A stretch of DNA of 64,000 nucleotides from Octopus vulgaris (GCA_951406725.2 OX597826.1:9114001-9178000); one strand, 5' to 3'. Counted from the stretch's first letter, positions 1 to 12,249 are shown. Notes: generated by a model not told the origin, from the letters alone. Numbers and translations are program-made.

Positions 1-69
1 TGAAATATGGTTAGTCAACCGGCTAGAAAATCATCATCAGATCAAATTTTGATGAAGCTTCATTGACAA

Positions 70-150
70 TGAACTTCCACTGATCCCTGTCTTCCATTGC
101 AGATGGCAGCAGGTCAAGGCTGATGTTAGTCATGTTTCAGCACCTGAATG
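70..150 (-). mobile_element. Degenerate LINE (RTE-like) 3' fragment
   Basis: Minus strand reads ..DLLPSAMEDRDQWK.., resembling the C-terminus of RTE ORF2. Very short. Confidence 0.35.
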
Positions 151-214
151 GACATTGCTGTATTAGTTCTTATAATAACACTCCGGGAAAATTCATTCAT
201 TTTTACTTCTCCAA

Positions 215-385
215 CCATGTAGTTGAGAAGCTTGCTTTGCAACCACATAGTTAGAAGTTCAGTCTCACTGCATAGCACTTTGGGTAAGTGTCTTCTTCAA
301 TAGTCCCAGGCTGACTGATATCTTGTGAGTGGATTTGGTAGATAGAAACTACAGAAACACATCATATATATGTGTGTGTGTGTGT
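215..385 (+). mobile_element. tRNA-derived SINE (family A), 5' part
   Basis: Decayed match to the head/core of the copy at 29975 (aagcttgct..aaccaca..ttcagtc.cactg..aagtgtcttct..gtgagtggatttggtaga), ending in (TA)/(TG)n. Confidence 0.75.
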
Positions 386-451
386 AAGTAAAAGGGCTAT
401 GAAAGGTCTCTGTATATTTTTGTTAGTTGTAATTATTCAAACTGGTATGTA

Positions 452-541
452 ATTCCTGATGAAGAATCTAATTTTTATTTCAAGAAGAGTTTTCAGTTTT
501 TGCCTTTGGAATTAATTTGACTCTGAAACAATTTTTAGAAT
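452..541 (+). ncRNA. Degenerate type I hammerhead ribozyme motif in a Penelope-like pLTR relic
   Basis: attc CTGATGA agaatc...gactct GAAAC aatt ttta gaat: core motifs, stem I and stem II pairing and a palindromic stem III loop. The cleavage triplet is mutated. Confidence 0.45.
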
Positions 542-636
542 GTATATTGGTTCTGTACCAACCGGGATTATGAATAAAAGATCCTCTACACCTACAATTT
601 TTTCCTTTCCTTATACTTTATTTATGTTTGTGTGTG

Positions 637-688
<52 letters not shown>

Positions 689-859
689 ATCTTGGGATGC
701 TGGGCCTCACTAAGGAAATTACAAAGAACTGGGGGATGTGGCAATCTGCTGTACTAAAGACATGTCATGCTAAAGAAAATTGCTGTCTTCCACACATACA
801 GGCTTGCACCTTTCAGGTGGTGGTGCCACTTAAAAATCAGTCGTGCTGTGTTAATGCAC

Positions 860-1035
860 CTGTGACAGTCCTGCATAAATGCACTCATGCTGGTGTCACT
901 TAAAAAGCACCCAGCACATTCTGCTAAGTGGTTGGCATTAGGAAGGGCATCCAGTTGGAATCTGGACAGCTCCTTGCTAGCTAGCTCCATGTCAAACCAT
1001 CCAGCCTGGAGAGCAGACATTAAATGATGATGATG
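860..1035 (+). mobile_element. SINE family B 3' part with (ATG)n tail
   Basis: aaaagcacccagcaca..gtggttggcattaggaagggcatccag..acattaaatgatgatgatg. Same family as 6880, 13655, 45090 and 54075. Confidence 0.7.
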
Positions 1036-1036
1036 T

Positions 1037-1084
<48 letters not shown>

Positions 1085-1087
<3 letters not shown>

Positions 1088-1225
1088 AGAGTTTACGAAA
1101 AAAACAAAAGACGTAGACAGGTGGTGTACAAAACAAACAGATGTATTAGTATAACGCTCAGGAATAGAAAAAGTCTTTTATGTTTCGAGCCTACGCTCTT
1201 CTACAGAAAGGGACACAGAAAAAAA
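1085..1225 (-). mobile_element. Penelope-like terminal repeat relic carrying a variant minimal hammerhead (1174-1210)
   Basis: Reverse complement reads ctttCTGTAGAaGAGCgtagGCTCGAAACataaaag. Related to the repeat at 12015-12212 and abuts (TA)n. Confidence 0.55.
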
Positions 1226-1254
1226 CACACATACATATACACGTATGTCTCTTT

Positions 1255-1460
1255 ATTTTTGTGTTTATTCCAACCACCACCACCACTATCACTTGACAAC
1301 TGGTGTTAGTTTATTTACATCCTCATAACTTAGCAATTTGGTCCAAAGAATCCAATAGAATGAGTGCCAGACTGGAGTTGATTTGTTCAACTAAATCCTT
1401 CAAAGCAATGATCCAGCATGGCTGCAGTTCAATGACTGAAACAAGTAAAAGAGCAGAAAA
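1255..1460 (+). mobile_element. SINE family A 3' part
   Basis: cacttgacaactggtg..taacttagc..ccagcatggctgcagt..aatgactgaaacaagtaaaaga. Confidence 0.7.
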
Positions 1461-2053
1461 GAAAAAGATGAATGTAGACAGCACACACACACAATTACGC
1501 ACAAATACAAGTGAGTGTGTGAGCGCACAGAGAGTAAATGTATTGTTCTTCAGAGATGCATTGTTGAGTCTTTCAGCTGTTTGGCCAATGGAACTACCTT
1601 TTTATTGATTTATAGTGTAACACCGAGGCTGTGGTAGAAGACACTTGCCCATTGTGCCGTGGAATGTGGGTCAGACTTGGGCTACATGATTGCAAAACTA
1701 ACTTCTTAACAATCTAGCCATTTCTGTGTCCTGCCTACACGGATACTGAGATACTCTGGTTCACATATATTGAAACATAGACTTGCATACACAAATACAT
1801 CTACATGTGCACAAATACAGGCAGGCAGGCATACACATGATGATAATAGACAAACATGTATACACACACATGTATAATGTATTTATAATGCATGTATATA
1901 TTACAGTATCAATATCATAATTAAGTTGTTCAGTTCACCTAGTATTGTGTGTGCATGTGTGTGTTTGTATATACATGCATATAATAGGTGTATATGTTAA
2001 CAAGTTGTTCAGATCATAATCAAGTTCTTCAGATCTTTCAGTGTTATTGATTT

Positions 2054-2098
<45 letters not shown>

Positions 2099-2274
2099 CA
2101 CAGCATACATATGAAATATACATAATACCATCACCTACTAGTCTGGCTTACAAGTTGCTGGTTGATTTAATTAAATGGTCTACATAATTAATAAATCATA
2201 TGAATGTATGTAACAATTGACTTTCAATAGACTGGGAAACTCCTAATGGTGACAATGAGCAATTTACTGTGAGA

Positions 2275-2555
2275 CTGAACATCAGCATTATTAACACTAC
2301 AATCACCACCACCAACACCGATACCACCACCACCAACACCACCATTATTATCATCATTATCTGTATCATTACCATCATTTTCACCACCATTATCGTCAGC
2401 ATCATTATCATCATCATCATCATTATTAGAATCAATTTCAAGTCAGTATCATCAGCAGCATCATTATTTATCAGCAGCATCGTTACTAACACCATTATCA
2501 TCATTATCAGTAAATATCATTATTATCACCCTCGTTATCACTATCATCAACTTCA
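2275..2555. repeat. Degenerate (ATC/ACC/ATT)n trinucleotide tract
   Basis: Direct inspection. Explains the Ile/Thr/Met-rich ORFs. Confidence 0.85.
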
Positions 2556-2644
2556 TATCCACTTTTTTGGAGGATATATGTTGGGGCAAGTAGGTGAGTG
2601 GACTACATTGCTTCCTTTCAAAACAACCCAACCCTATATATATA

Positions 2645-2824
2645 TTCTTTTATTTGTTTCACTCTATTGACTGTGGCCATGCTGGAGCATTGCGTTTAGT
2701 CGAACAAATCAACCCCAGGACTTATTCTTTGTAAGCCTACTATTTATTCTATTGGTCTCTTTTGCCAAACTGCTATGTTACAGGGATGTGAACACACCAA
2801 CATCGGTTGTCAAGTGATGGTGGT

Positions 2825-2881
<57 letters not shown>

Positions 2882-3060
2882 GCGCACGCATGCATACATA
2901 TGCTGGGCTTATTTCAGTTTCTGTCTCCCAAATCCACTCACAAGGCTTTGGTCGGCCCAAGGCTATAGAAGACACTTGCCCAAGGTGCTACGCTGTGGAA
3001 CTGAACCTGGAACCATGTGGTTGGTAAGCAAGCTACTTACCACACAGCCACTCTTGTGCC
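2645..3060 (-). mobile_element. Near full-length SINE family A with internal (CA)n
   Basis: Reverse complement aligns end to end with 29975-30380. Confidence 0.85.
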
Positions 3061-3344
3061 TATATATATAAAACCACTTGCTGTATTGCCTTGCTGATGT
3101 GGCCGATGTGGATGATCACTTTTATCAAAAGCACTGGGCCAAAAACTTTTAGAAGAACGAGAAAAAGCTGATTTAATCATTTCTTCTTCTTTACTTGAAT
3201 AATACTTTATTCAATCAATCCTGAAAAGGAGGAAAACTCAGTTGATCCTTTTGGGAATTATAAAGAGAAAGTAAAGTGAAGTGACTAAATCCAACAAAGT
3301 ATGTTGTTAGGTGTTCTACCAAGTGTGCTGTTAATGTAGATGAT

Positions 3345-5300
3345 AATGATGATAGTAGTAGTAGTAGTAGTAGTTATTTCTAAGGTAGAGGGCCAGAAAT
3401 TTCGCTTGGGGTGGTGGTGGTGCTTGGTTGATTAAATCAGTCCCAGTACTTGACAGGTAGTTTATTTTATTGACCATAGATGAAAGAAAGAAGGGCAAAG
3501 TTGACTTGTGTAGGGACATAGTGAATCAAAAGAAGTACCACAGGGCATTTTGTCCTTGGCTCTGATGATTCTGCCTACACACCATCCGGATGATGAAAGT
3601 GGTGGTGATGGTGTTGGTGGTTGTTTTGATGCAAGGCTAGCAGTTTTGGGGTGGGAGTGTTAGTTGATTAAATCAACCCTCAGACTTGCATGGTACTTTA
3701 TTTTAGACGAAAAGCAAAGATTTGTATTCACAGCAGGATTTGTATTCACAGTAAGGGTTTCTTGCTTCATCTTAAAAGCACATACTTTGTACTGGTAGAT
3801 AATTCACAAAATCAAACCCTTAGTATATAATGGATATTTTCATCAATCCTGTATTAACGAATAATAGGATCAACCCTTGTGAGATTTGGACTCAGTTGTT
3901 AGCAGGACATAAATAAATTATTGTGAGATATCTATTGTGATGCACTACTGTTTTTATCACTCAATGTTTTTTTCTGTTAAAAAATAATATTGATTTCTTA
4001 CATTGGTACAAAGCCAGATATTCATAAGAGAGAATAATTGAAGTTGAATGAGTTGACCTTGATGTTTGACTGGTACTATCATTGTACACGCCATTGGCAT
4101 GAGGCCAGACTTTTTTTAATAAAAGTTGCGTATCCTGGTAGTGTGTCTCAGTGCCATGGGTATTCCAGTTTCTGTGAATTTCTTGGTATATTGTGCGTAT
4201 CTTAGTTTTAGATACACTGTATTCCTAATAGTTGTAAAATGTTGGTGACAAAGAAAACATCTGGTTATAGAACACTATCTCAGAAAACACATCTAACTTA
4301 TGCAAGTATGGAAAAGCAAGCATAAAATGTAGTTGATTCCAGTACATAACTGGTATTATCACTCACAGTGCTATTGGCACAGGGCTGCTGGATAGGGTTA
4401 CAAGTAACAGATTATGCAGGATGTAAAGGATTGTAATTAAACTCCACAAAGCATTTCATCTGATGCTCTATTGATTCTGCCATTCCACTACTGTTACCAC
4501 ATTAATAATGATAATCTTTCCTGCTGCAGGCACAAGACTTGAAATTTTAGGAGATTACACAGTAACTAGTACGTACTTCATGACCCCAAAAGCATGAAAG
4601 ACAAAGTTGACCTTGACAGAATTTAAAACCTAGTCAGGAGGAATACTGAAAGCATTTTGTCTGGTGTGCTAACAATTCTGCCAACTCACTGACTTAATAA
4701 TAATAATAATAATAATCCTTTCTACTATAGGCACAAGGCTTGGAATTTGGGGGAGGGGTAAGTTGATTACATCAACTCCAGTATGTAACTGGTGCTTATT
4801 TTTATCTACATAAAAAAATGAAAGGCAAAGTTGACCTTGGTGGAATTTGAACCCAGATCGTAAAGACATACGAAATACTGCTAAGCATTTTGCCCAGTGT
4901 GCTAATAATTCTGCCAGTTCACCACCTTTAGTGAAAGTAATTATAATAATAACAATAATTTCTTACATTCCTAATCCTACCACCCAGGTTAGAAATTTTG
5001 GATTGAGGGAACAGTGGATTATATCAATGCAGTACATGACTGGTACTTATTTTTTTTTCAACCACGGAAGGATGAAAGGTAAAGTTGACTTTGGTGGGGT
5101 TTGAACTCAGGAAGTAAAGAGCCAGAAGAAATACTGCTGGGCATTTTGTGTCTGATACTGTACTGATTCTGCCAACCCACTTCCTTCACTCTCCAGTAAC
5201 AATGAAGATAATAACAATTTCTTAACCATGAAACATGAGATTTTTACCATTTCAGCCAACTCACTGCTTCTCTGCTAATGATAATAATGCCTTTGACCTG
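3345..5300 (-). mobile_element. Cluster of head-to-tail SINE family C copies with (TTA)n tails
   Basis: Recurrent motif ggcacaagg..gttgatta..actggtacttatttt..atgaaaggcaaagttgacc..ggaatttgaactcag..gcatttt..ttctgcca near 3370, 3630, 4000, 4510, 4710 and 4960. Confidence 0.75.
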
Positions 5301-5614
5301 ACATAAACCAATTTTATAGGGGAGAGTAGCTTAGTCGATACTTCGTAGGGGAGACTACATAATCAATACAATCAATCACAATATACTACTATCACTTTAT
5401 CTATTGACTTTTTGAAAGATAAAAAAGCCAAATCAAATTTCTGCAGTTTTTTTAGACTCAAAGCAATAAAGCATTGAACTTAATATAGCATAAAGCATCA
5501 AGTCTGGCATATGACCATGATTCAGTCCTCTTTAGTATTGAAGTCACTGTCTCACAAGGTTTTGGATTCTAAACATGCCAGCATTGGACCAAATATAACT
5601 AGTCCAACTATTAC

Positions 5615-6326
5615 CTTTTACTTGTTTCAGTCATTGGACTGCAACCATGATGGGACACTGCCTTGAAGGGTTTAGTCCAGTGGCTTTCAACCAGTATCCA
5701 TATGGTCCCTGAGGCTCCATATAAAATTTTTGGGAGCCCATGTAGCAAAATAGTGAATTGAGGATACACAATAGTATTCTAAGGGCTGCTGAAAACATTT
5801 TACTTCAGATGTATGTATTGGTATTTATTGCAAGAAACTGCTAGGTGTCCTTCTCTGGCATTTTACTAAGGTCAACCTACACAAGTGAATGTGTGAAAAA
5901 CCAAAATAGGAATTTTGAAGTTTCTATAAAACTTGTTTTTAACATTGGTTATAGGGATCCACCAGAATAAAATAGTAATCAAAGGGATCCATAGATTAAA
6001 AAAACAAAAAGGGAGAGCCTCAGGTTTAGTCAAATAAATTGACCCCCAATATTTTTAAAGTCTGGTACTTATTCCAGCAGTCACTTTTACTAAACTGCTA
6101 AGTTATGAGGATGTAAACAAACCAATGCTTGCTATCAAGCAGTGGGGGAACATACACATTTATATAGATGAGCTTCGTCACAGTTTCTCTTTTCTAAATT
6201 CACTCACAAAGTATTGATTGGCTTGGGACTATAATAGAAGACACTTGCTCCAAGTGCTGTGCAGTGGAACTGAACCTGAAACTACTTGTTTGCAAATCAA
6301 GCTTCTTAACCACATAGCCATGCCTG
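5615..6326 (-). mobile_element. SINE family A interrupted by a hAT-type MITE
   Basis: 3' end at 5615-5677. The remainder (6024-6326) matches family A in reverse. Confidence 0.75.
5678..6023. mobile_element. hAT (Charlie-like) MITE
   Basis: Starts CAGTGG and has an 8-bp TSD GTTTAGTC at 5670-5677 and 6024-6031. A related copy lies at about 44762-45008. Confidence 0.7.
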
Positions 6327-6350
6327 TACATATAAGCAAGCACTATTAAC

Positions 6351-6414
6351 CATCATCAATAGGATTTGAACCAATGCAGGGAATCCATCGCCTTAACCAC
6401 TTTACCACAATGAC
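6351..6414 (-). pseudogene. tRNA-Ser pseudogene lacking the anticodon arm
   Basis: Reverse complement is GTCATTGTGGTAAAGTGGTTAAGGCGATGGA-[gap]-TTCCCTGCATTGGTTCAAATCCTATTGATGATG. It carries the AGTGGTTAAGGCGATGGA D-arm of eukaryotic tRNA-Ser, a B box and a paired acceptor stem. Confidence 0.7.
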
Positions 6415-6879
6415 TCCCAATTAATGCAAGTCTCCCACGTGACAGGCAGGGATATTTTTTTAAAATATATTTTTATGGAATATCTATTTTATGCTCTACA
6501 CAGCATAAATCAGAAAACTGAAATTAATTTAAACATTATAAAGCCTCACTGAATGTGAGATAAGAATGTAAACAGTTTTTCTATGATATTGATGTATGGG
6601 GGAAAAGAGTGAGTCTCAAATGCCTCATTTCACACTCTGTTGATCACTCCTCGGAGATGTTCTCATCTTCTTCCACCAATCAATAACATAGATCAGCTGT
6701 TGTTATATCAAGCAGTCTTAAATTTGGCTAGCATTGTAGTAGATAACTTAATTTACATATTTATGCTTTTGATGGCTGATCATTAAATAAACAAAAAATA
6801 TTTCTCTCTGTCACACACAAACCATTCATCATCTGACACAAAATCACCTCCTCAAATGCTCCCTCTTGCTTCAAACATT

Positions 6880-7210
6880 CCTGCTGGTTTTGCAAAGTTA
6901 CTTGGTAACCCTGCCAGGGCAGGTGACACTTAAAAGGCATCTAGTCCACACTGTAAAGTCATTGGTATTTGGGAGGGCATCCAGCTGTAAAAACCATGCC
7001 AAAACTGACCCCACCTGTGCTGGTGCCACGTAAAAAGCACCCAGCCCATTCTATGGGGTGGTTGGTGTTAGGAAGAGTATCCAGCCATAAAAACTGTGCC
7101 AAAACAGACATAGATGCATGGCACAGGCTTCTGCCTGGCCATTTCCTGTCAAACCATCCAACTCATGCCAGCCTGGAAGGAAGACGTTAAACGATGATAA
7201 TGATGATGAA
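6880..7210 (+). mobile_element. SINE family B with internal duplication and (ATG)n tail
   Basis: Two tandem gtgccacgtaaaaagcac..tagga..catccagc..aaaa units, ending gacgttaaacgatgat. Confidence 0.7.
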
Positions 7211-7499
7211 CACAACTTAAATCAGAACTAACTTTGTCAAGGGAGAAAAGGCAGCACCTGCAACCCTTTTTCAACAGAATGGCAGAGGAAGCCATACTTG
7301 CAATGGAATTGATTCCACTAAAATGCATCTAAGGACCAGGTGATGGTGGTGTTAAACTGATCCACAGGAACAGTCCATTGAAGTCCATTAAATAGGCTTC
7401 CGCACAGTTTCTGCTTGGAGGATGCATCAAAAATGTAATTACTAAAATAAGAGTAGGACATAGAGAGTTCAGAGAATTTTTATCTCTGTGATCAACCAA

Positions 7500-7545
<46 letters not shown>

Positions 7546-7559
7546 GAAATGAAGATTGT

Positions 7560-7910
7560 ACAATGCATGTGTATGGACTGCAGTGCTACATGATAGTGAA
7601 ATGTGAGCCCTGAATGCAAAGGACATGCGAAGACTAGAGAGGAAAGAATCTGGTATGCTCCACTGGCTGTGTAGTGTCAGTGTATCAAAAGAAAAGTTAG
7701 GCTTAACAGGAATTAGATGCAATGTGCAAGAGAGAAGATTGTGCAAGTTTGATCATGTGATATGCATGGATGGACAGAACTTGTGGAAGAAGGAGACCCA
7801 GGAAGATATGGGACAGCCTTGAAAGCTGATCTCAAGACACTGTGCCTTACAAAGGAGATGATAAAGGACAAAGATATCTGGCACCTTTCTTTAACTCAAG
7901 AAGACCTGTC
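7560..7910 (+). mobile_element. RTE-clade LINE 3' fragment
   Basis: Translates as LHDSEM*ALNAKDMRRLERKESGMLHWLCSVS..KLGLTGIRCNVQERRL, typical of the post-RT region of RTE. Confidence 0.7.
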
Positions 7911-8539
7911 CACCACAACAGAATTGATGTCCTAAAACCACCTTGATAATGCTTGTCTGTCAGGGGTTTTGCCCCCCCCCTCTCCATCCTCTATACTCCA
8001 TAAATCGTTTCCCCCATATCTAATCCCCTAATACTCATCATTTCTCTATTAACCAAAAGCAGAATAGTCACATACTATATCCACCCCCACTGGCTTTTTC
8101 AGTTACCTTTCCCCACCACCACAAGCCACTTTCATTTCCCATTGTCTTCCCCTGCCCGCTGTCTCCACCAGTCACCTCCTTTCTGTGCCTTTTCCCCCCC
8201 CACCTCTTTTGTACTGTTCTCCATCATTGATATCTTGCTTACCTGCTATCACCCTCATTGCCCTCACATATCTACCACAAGCCCTGCCTTCCAGAGTTTC
8301 TCCTATATTTCTTTCCATAATTGGCTACGGGTCACCTCAATCCTCCCTGTTCACCCAGTCCAAACTTCTATACCACCTCACTTATTCTCCACTCCCAATT
8401 TTCCGACACATCTTTGCCATCTGTGTCACTATTGCTCTCTTTATCTTACTCTCTAACTTACTCTCCTTTCTTTTCCAACTGGGGTATCCATGTATTTACT
8501 GTCCTTCTATACCTTTAATCTCCCAAGTAACACACCCTT

Positions 8540-8755
8540 CAATAAATCGAAGGAGAGGGGCTTTCTCCGTCCGGGTTGCAGATCCGTGGAATAAGCTGCC
8601 GGATGAGATAGTGAAGATGCCAACGACTGCTCGGTTCAAAGTCTCCCTTGACCGGAAATGGCCTGAACTCTTTGCATGAACACCACCCTGTACATAACTC
8701 CATGTCCCCCTACATGGCTTTGCTTTTTGAGTCAAAAAATTAACTTAACTTAATA
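8540..8755 (+). mobile_element. CR1-clade LINE 3' end (5'-truncated)
   Basis: RRRGAFSVRVADPWNKLPDEIVKMPTTARFKVSLD matches the CR1 ORF2 C-terminal FS.RV...WN.LP..F K..LD motif. Followed by a short 3'UTR and (TAACT)n-like tail. Confidence 0.85.
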
Positions 8756-9067
8756 CTACTCTCTCCCAGTTGAGGGTTTTTTGTCTTGTAAGGTACTTGA
8801 TGACCTTGTTGGTGCCAGTGTCTTGTAACAGTCACTGGTGCTGGTGCCACATACACTGTACCCCATAAACTCTGTAAAGTGATTAGCATTAGGAAGGACA
8901 TCCAACTGTAAAAAACATGACCAAAACAGATCATGGAATCTGGTGTGACTTCCAACCTTGCCAGCAACAAAAATAGATGTTATATGATGATGATGATGAT
9001 GGTTTTGCTTAACCCAAGGCTATTGTAGAAGGCACTTGATCAAGGTGATGTGCAGCAGGATCAGACC

Positions 9068-9413
9068 TAAAGGTAAAAGGGTAAAGACCCTCTTTGGTCA
9101 TGAATGACCATGGGATTGGATCTAGAAAGTTTCCCTCCAAGGCACAAGTCTGGGCAGAGTTATTTATGGAAGATTAGTAGTCACCCATGCATACCAGCCT
9201 CCTCTCTCCATGCCACCGATGTTGTCCAAGAGAAAACCTAAAGCTGATACAGCTTGGCAACAGTGATATCACAACTCATTTCTACAGCTGAGTGAATTGG
9301 ACCAACGTGAAATAGTGTCTTGCTCAAGATCACAACATACAGCCCAGTCCAGGAATCGAGCTCACTAACTCATGATTGTGAGCCCAACACTCTAATCACT
9401 GAACCATGTGCCT
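9068..9413 (-). mobile_element. tRNA-derived CORE-like SINE (family D)
   Basis: Reverse-complement head ggcacatggttcagtgattagagtg..gagctcgattcctgg and central tgtgatcttgagcaagacact. Related heads at 23249 and 38557. Confidence 0.7.
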
Positions 9414-9923
9414 TCACTATGTGACTGCAAAATTAATTCTTAATCACAGAGACATGACCGTTCCCTACACACCATTGTTATCCAGTACATTAATACAGTA
9501 TGATTACTCAAACCTTTTGAAGACCAAAATTACGTATCATTCTGTCTACCATATCAAACAGCCGCAGTTCTTTGTGTTTTGTTTTTATTTTCTTTCTTTG
9601 AATTTTATTTCAACAAATTTCCTGAAAAACACAAAATTAAACAGTATTTAATTTGTGGCACTATCATCATCGCTGATAACATTGTCATCAACAACATCAT
9701 CATCATCACCAATACCATAATCATCATTGTAACGAACAGTGATAATATCTCATTGTCGTCATCATTCTTAACATCATTATCGCCATTGTCATCATTGATA
9801 ACATCCTCATTAATATCATCAACATCCTTATCATTATCATTACAAACTCGCACAGACAATTATCCTAACTTCAGTCATCTTTTCTCAGATTTCCTTTTTA
9901 TTTATTTTTTTTTTTTTTGGTAG

Positions 9924-9975
9924 TGCCTTTTCTTCAGTTCTTCCCTGTCTAACCTCATCTTTGAATTCTCGTTGC
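9924..9975 (+). other. Candidate small exon (alternative acceptor at 9938)
   Basis: Branch-like CCTAAC at ~9865, long T tract then TAG at 9921-9923, and donor GTGAGT at 9976, in non-repeat sequence. Confidence 0.3.
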
Positions 9976-10601
9976 GTGAGTTTATTTGTGTCTGTATTTT
10001 TGTTTAAATGTATTCATGTATGTATCTACATGTATCTATGTATGTGTTCTTGTAGTTCTATTTAAATATATTCATACTTACATGCAAACACACATCATTG
10101 TGTATCTAATAGACATACATTATGTATGTATATGTACATACATATATACATGTGTGTGTGCAAGTGTGTATACCTTTGTGTGTGGATGTATGTGTTTTAT
10201 ATATATATATACATACATACATATATACATATATATATATATACACACATATATATGTATATATATGTATATATATGTATGTATATATATATAATTGCAA
10301 AGGGGGAAAAATGCCAAATCCTTAGTTCCAGTCAACATGGCTTCAGTTTGCATGCTTGATTTGTTAACTGTTTTTTATATATTTTTTTATTATCAATAAT
10401 TCAACTGACCCTCTTGACTATTTGGCTTAATATTTCTGCCTAACTTGTAGGCAGTTTTTCCTTTTTTTTTTTTTACATTTCCCTTTTTTTTTACTTTCCT
10501 TTGTATCACACATCATCTATTTCAGTGTTTCACTCAGGATGTGAACACAGTCTATCTTCTTTCTCTCTCTCTCTCTCCTTTCTCTCTCTCTTCTCTCTCT
10601 C

Positions 10602-10632
<31 letters not shown>

Positions 10633-12014
10633 CTTTCTCTCTCTCTCTCTCATACGCACACACACACAACCCTATACCACAAATAGTAAAATGATAGACA
10701 AGTCGGAAAAATAACTATTGAGATTTAAGAACATTGGTATGGATACATAATTGTATGCATATAATATATTATAACATTACGCATGTGTACGTTGTCTGTG
10801 TGGAAATTTTTCTTCATATATATATATGTATGTGTGTATGTATGTATGATGTAAGTTCGTATGTATGTGAGGTGAGCTAGAAATAAATGCCACTAAGCAA
10901 ATCCTCCGAGGGTGTCTCTCACTCTCTCTCCCTCATTCGTTCTCTCTTTCTCTCTCTCATTCGTTCTCTCTCTCTCTCTCCCTCATTCGTTCTCTCTCAT
11001 TTCCCTCTCAAGAAGGCCCCTTCATAATCAGTGCTTGTCTGCTTCACATAACATCTTCTACATCGTAGTCTGCAATCTATGTTAATATTTGATAATGTCT
11101 GTGACCTTGCCAAGTAATGGAGCGTCATCGCACTGCCAATCTCTGCTCAGTGGCACATACATTACTTTGTACATGATCAAAGCTTCTCTGCTTAGATTGC
11201 TATAAAACATTTTATAGTCACTCTCTTCAATGCATATATTCAATTGATTGGTTCTGAAGAGGCAGCAAGCAATCACACAAACAATGTCGCAAATCAGATA
11301 AACTATCAGAAAAAGAATGGAAAACATGGGTGTGGGTATTGCTGTGTGGTTAAGAAGTTTATTTCACCGCCTTGTGATTGTAGATTTGATTACACTGTGT
11401 GGCATCTTGGGAAAGTATCTTTTACTACATCCTTGGGATGACCATATATCATGAGTGGAATTTGGTGGAAAGCAACAGTGAGGGATCTCATTATATCTAT
11501 CTATCTATCTTTCCATTCACCCATTCATAGATGTATGTGTATCTGTGCTTTTGTTTTTGTTTATTGGTGTAATCTGGTGGTGTTATGTAGAAAAATGGTA
11601 AACCTGGTACACCCTGCAAAGTGGTTGGCATTAGGAAGGGCACCAAGCTGTAGAAACTATGCCAAAACTGACATTGGAGCAAGACAATCTGCTGACCTGT
11701 TGGATCCTATCAAACTATCAAACCCGTGCCAGCATGGAATACAGACGCTAAATGATGATAATGATAAATGAGATCATTAAAATAGATGAAATAGGATTAG
11801 AAGTGCTAAGCAGTAATGTGTACAAATATAAACTTGTTGGGTTCAAATGTGTCAAACATATCTGAACTGGTATCAGGTTCATGGTGAAATAAGTATAGGA
11901 GTTAATATGGATCAACTGAAATTCTTCAAGGCAGTGTTGCAGCATAGCCACAATACAATGACTTAAAAAGAAAAGTATATTATGTATATATATCAAAATG
12001 TGACCATGTGTGTA

Positions 12015-12212
12015 CCGTTGGCGATTTTCTTTTTTTCCCTCCATCTTCCCTTCTTTAGATCTTTCCTTTTCCTGTGTTTCTGACGAAGAGCTCCGCTCGA
12101 AACGTTAAACCCTTTTTCTTCCCTTCCTTCCTGAGCGTCCAATAATACTATACTTGTTCCACGTCCTCGTGTTGTTGTGTTTTCTTCTTTGTGTTTTCAT
12201 GTTTGGATTAAC
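12015..12212 (+). mobile_element. Penelope-like terminal repeat relic
   Basis: Contains a minimal hammerhead, ends in (TA)n and is homologous to 1085-1225. Confidence 0.55.
12076..12110 (+). ncRNA. Minimal type I hammerhead ribozyme motif
   Basis: gttt CTGACGA a GAGC tcc GCTC GAAAC GTT aaac: stem I gttt/aaac, stem II GAGC/GCTC, loop-less palindromic stem III (AACGTT), as in dimer-forming Penelope hammerheads. Confidence 0.65.

Positions 12213-12249
<37 letters not shown>

Noticed and set aside
2196-2670. Hydrophobic, membrane-like ORFs (also 9579-9923)
   Set aside because: Produced by (ATC)n/(ACC)n repeats.
9986-10359. ORFs rich in Y/I/C/V/H/T (also near 18.2, 49.0 and 57.3 kb)
   Set aside because: Translations of dinucleotide microsatellites.
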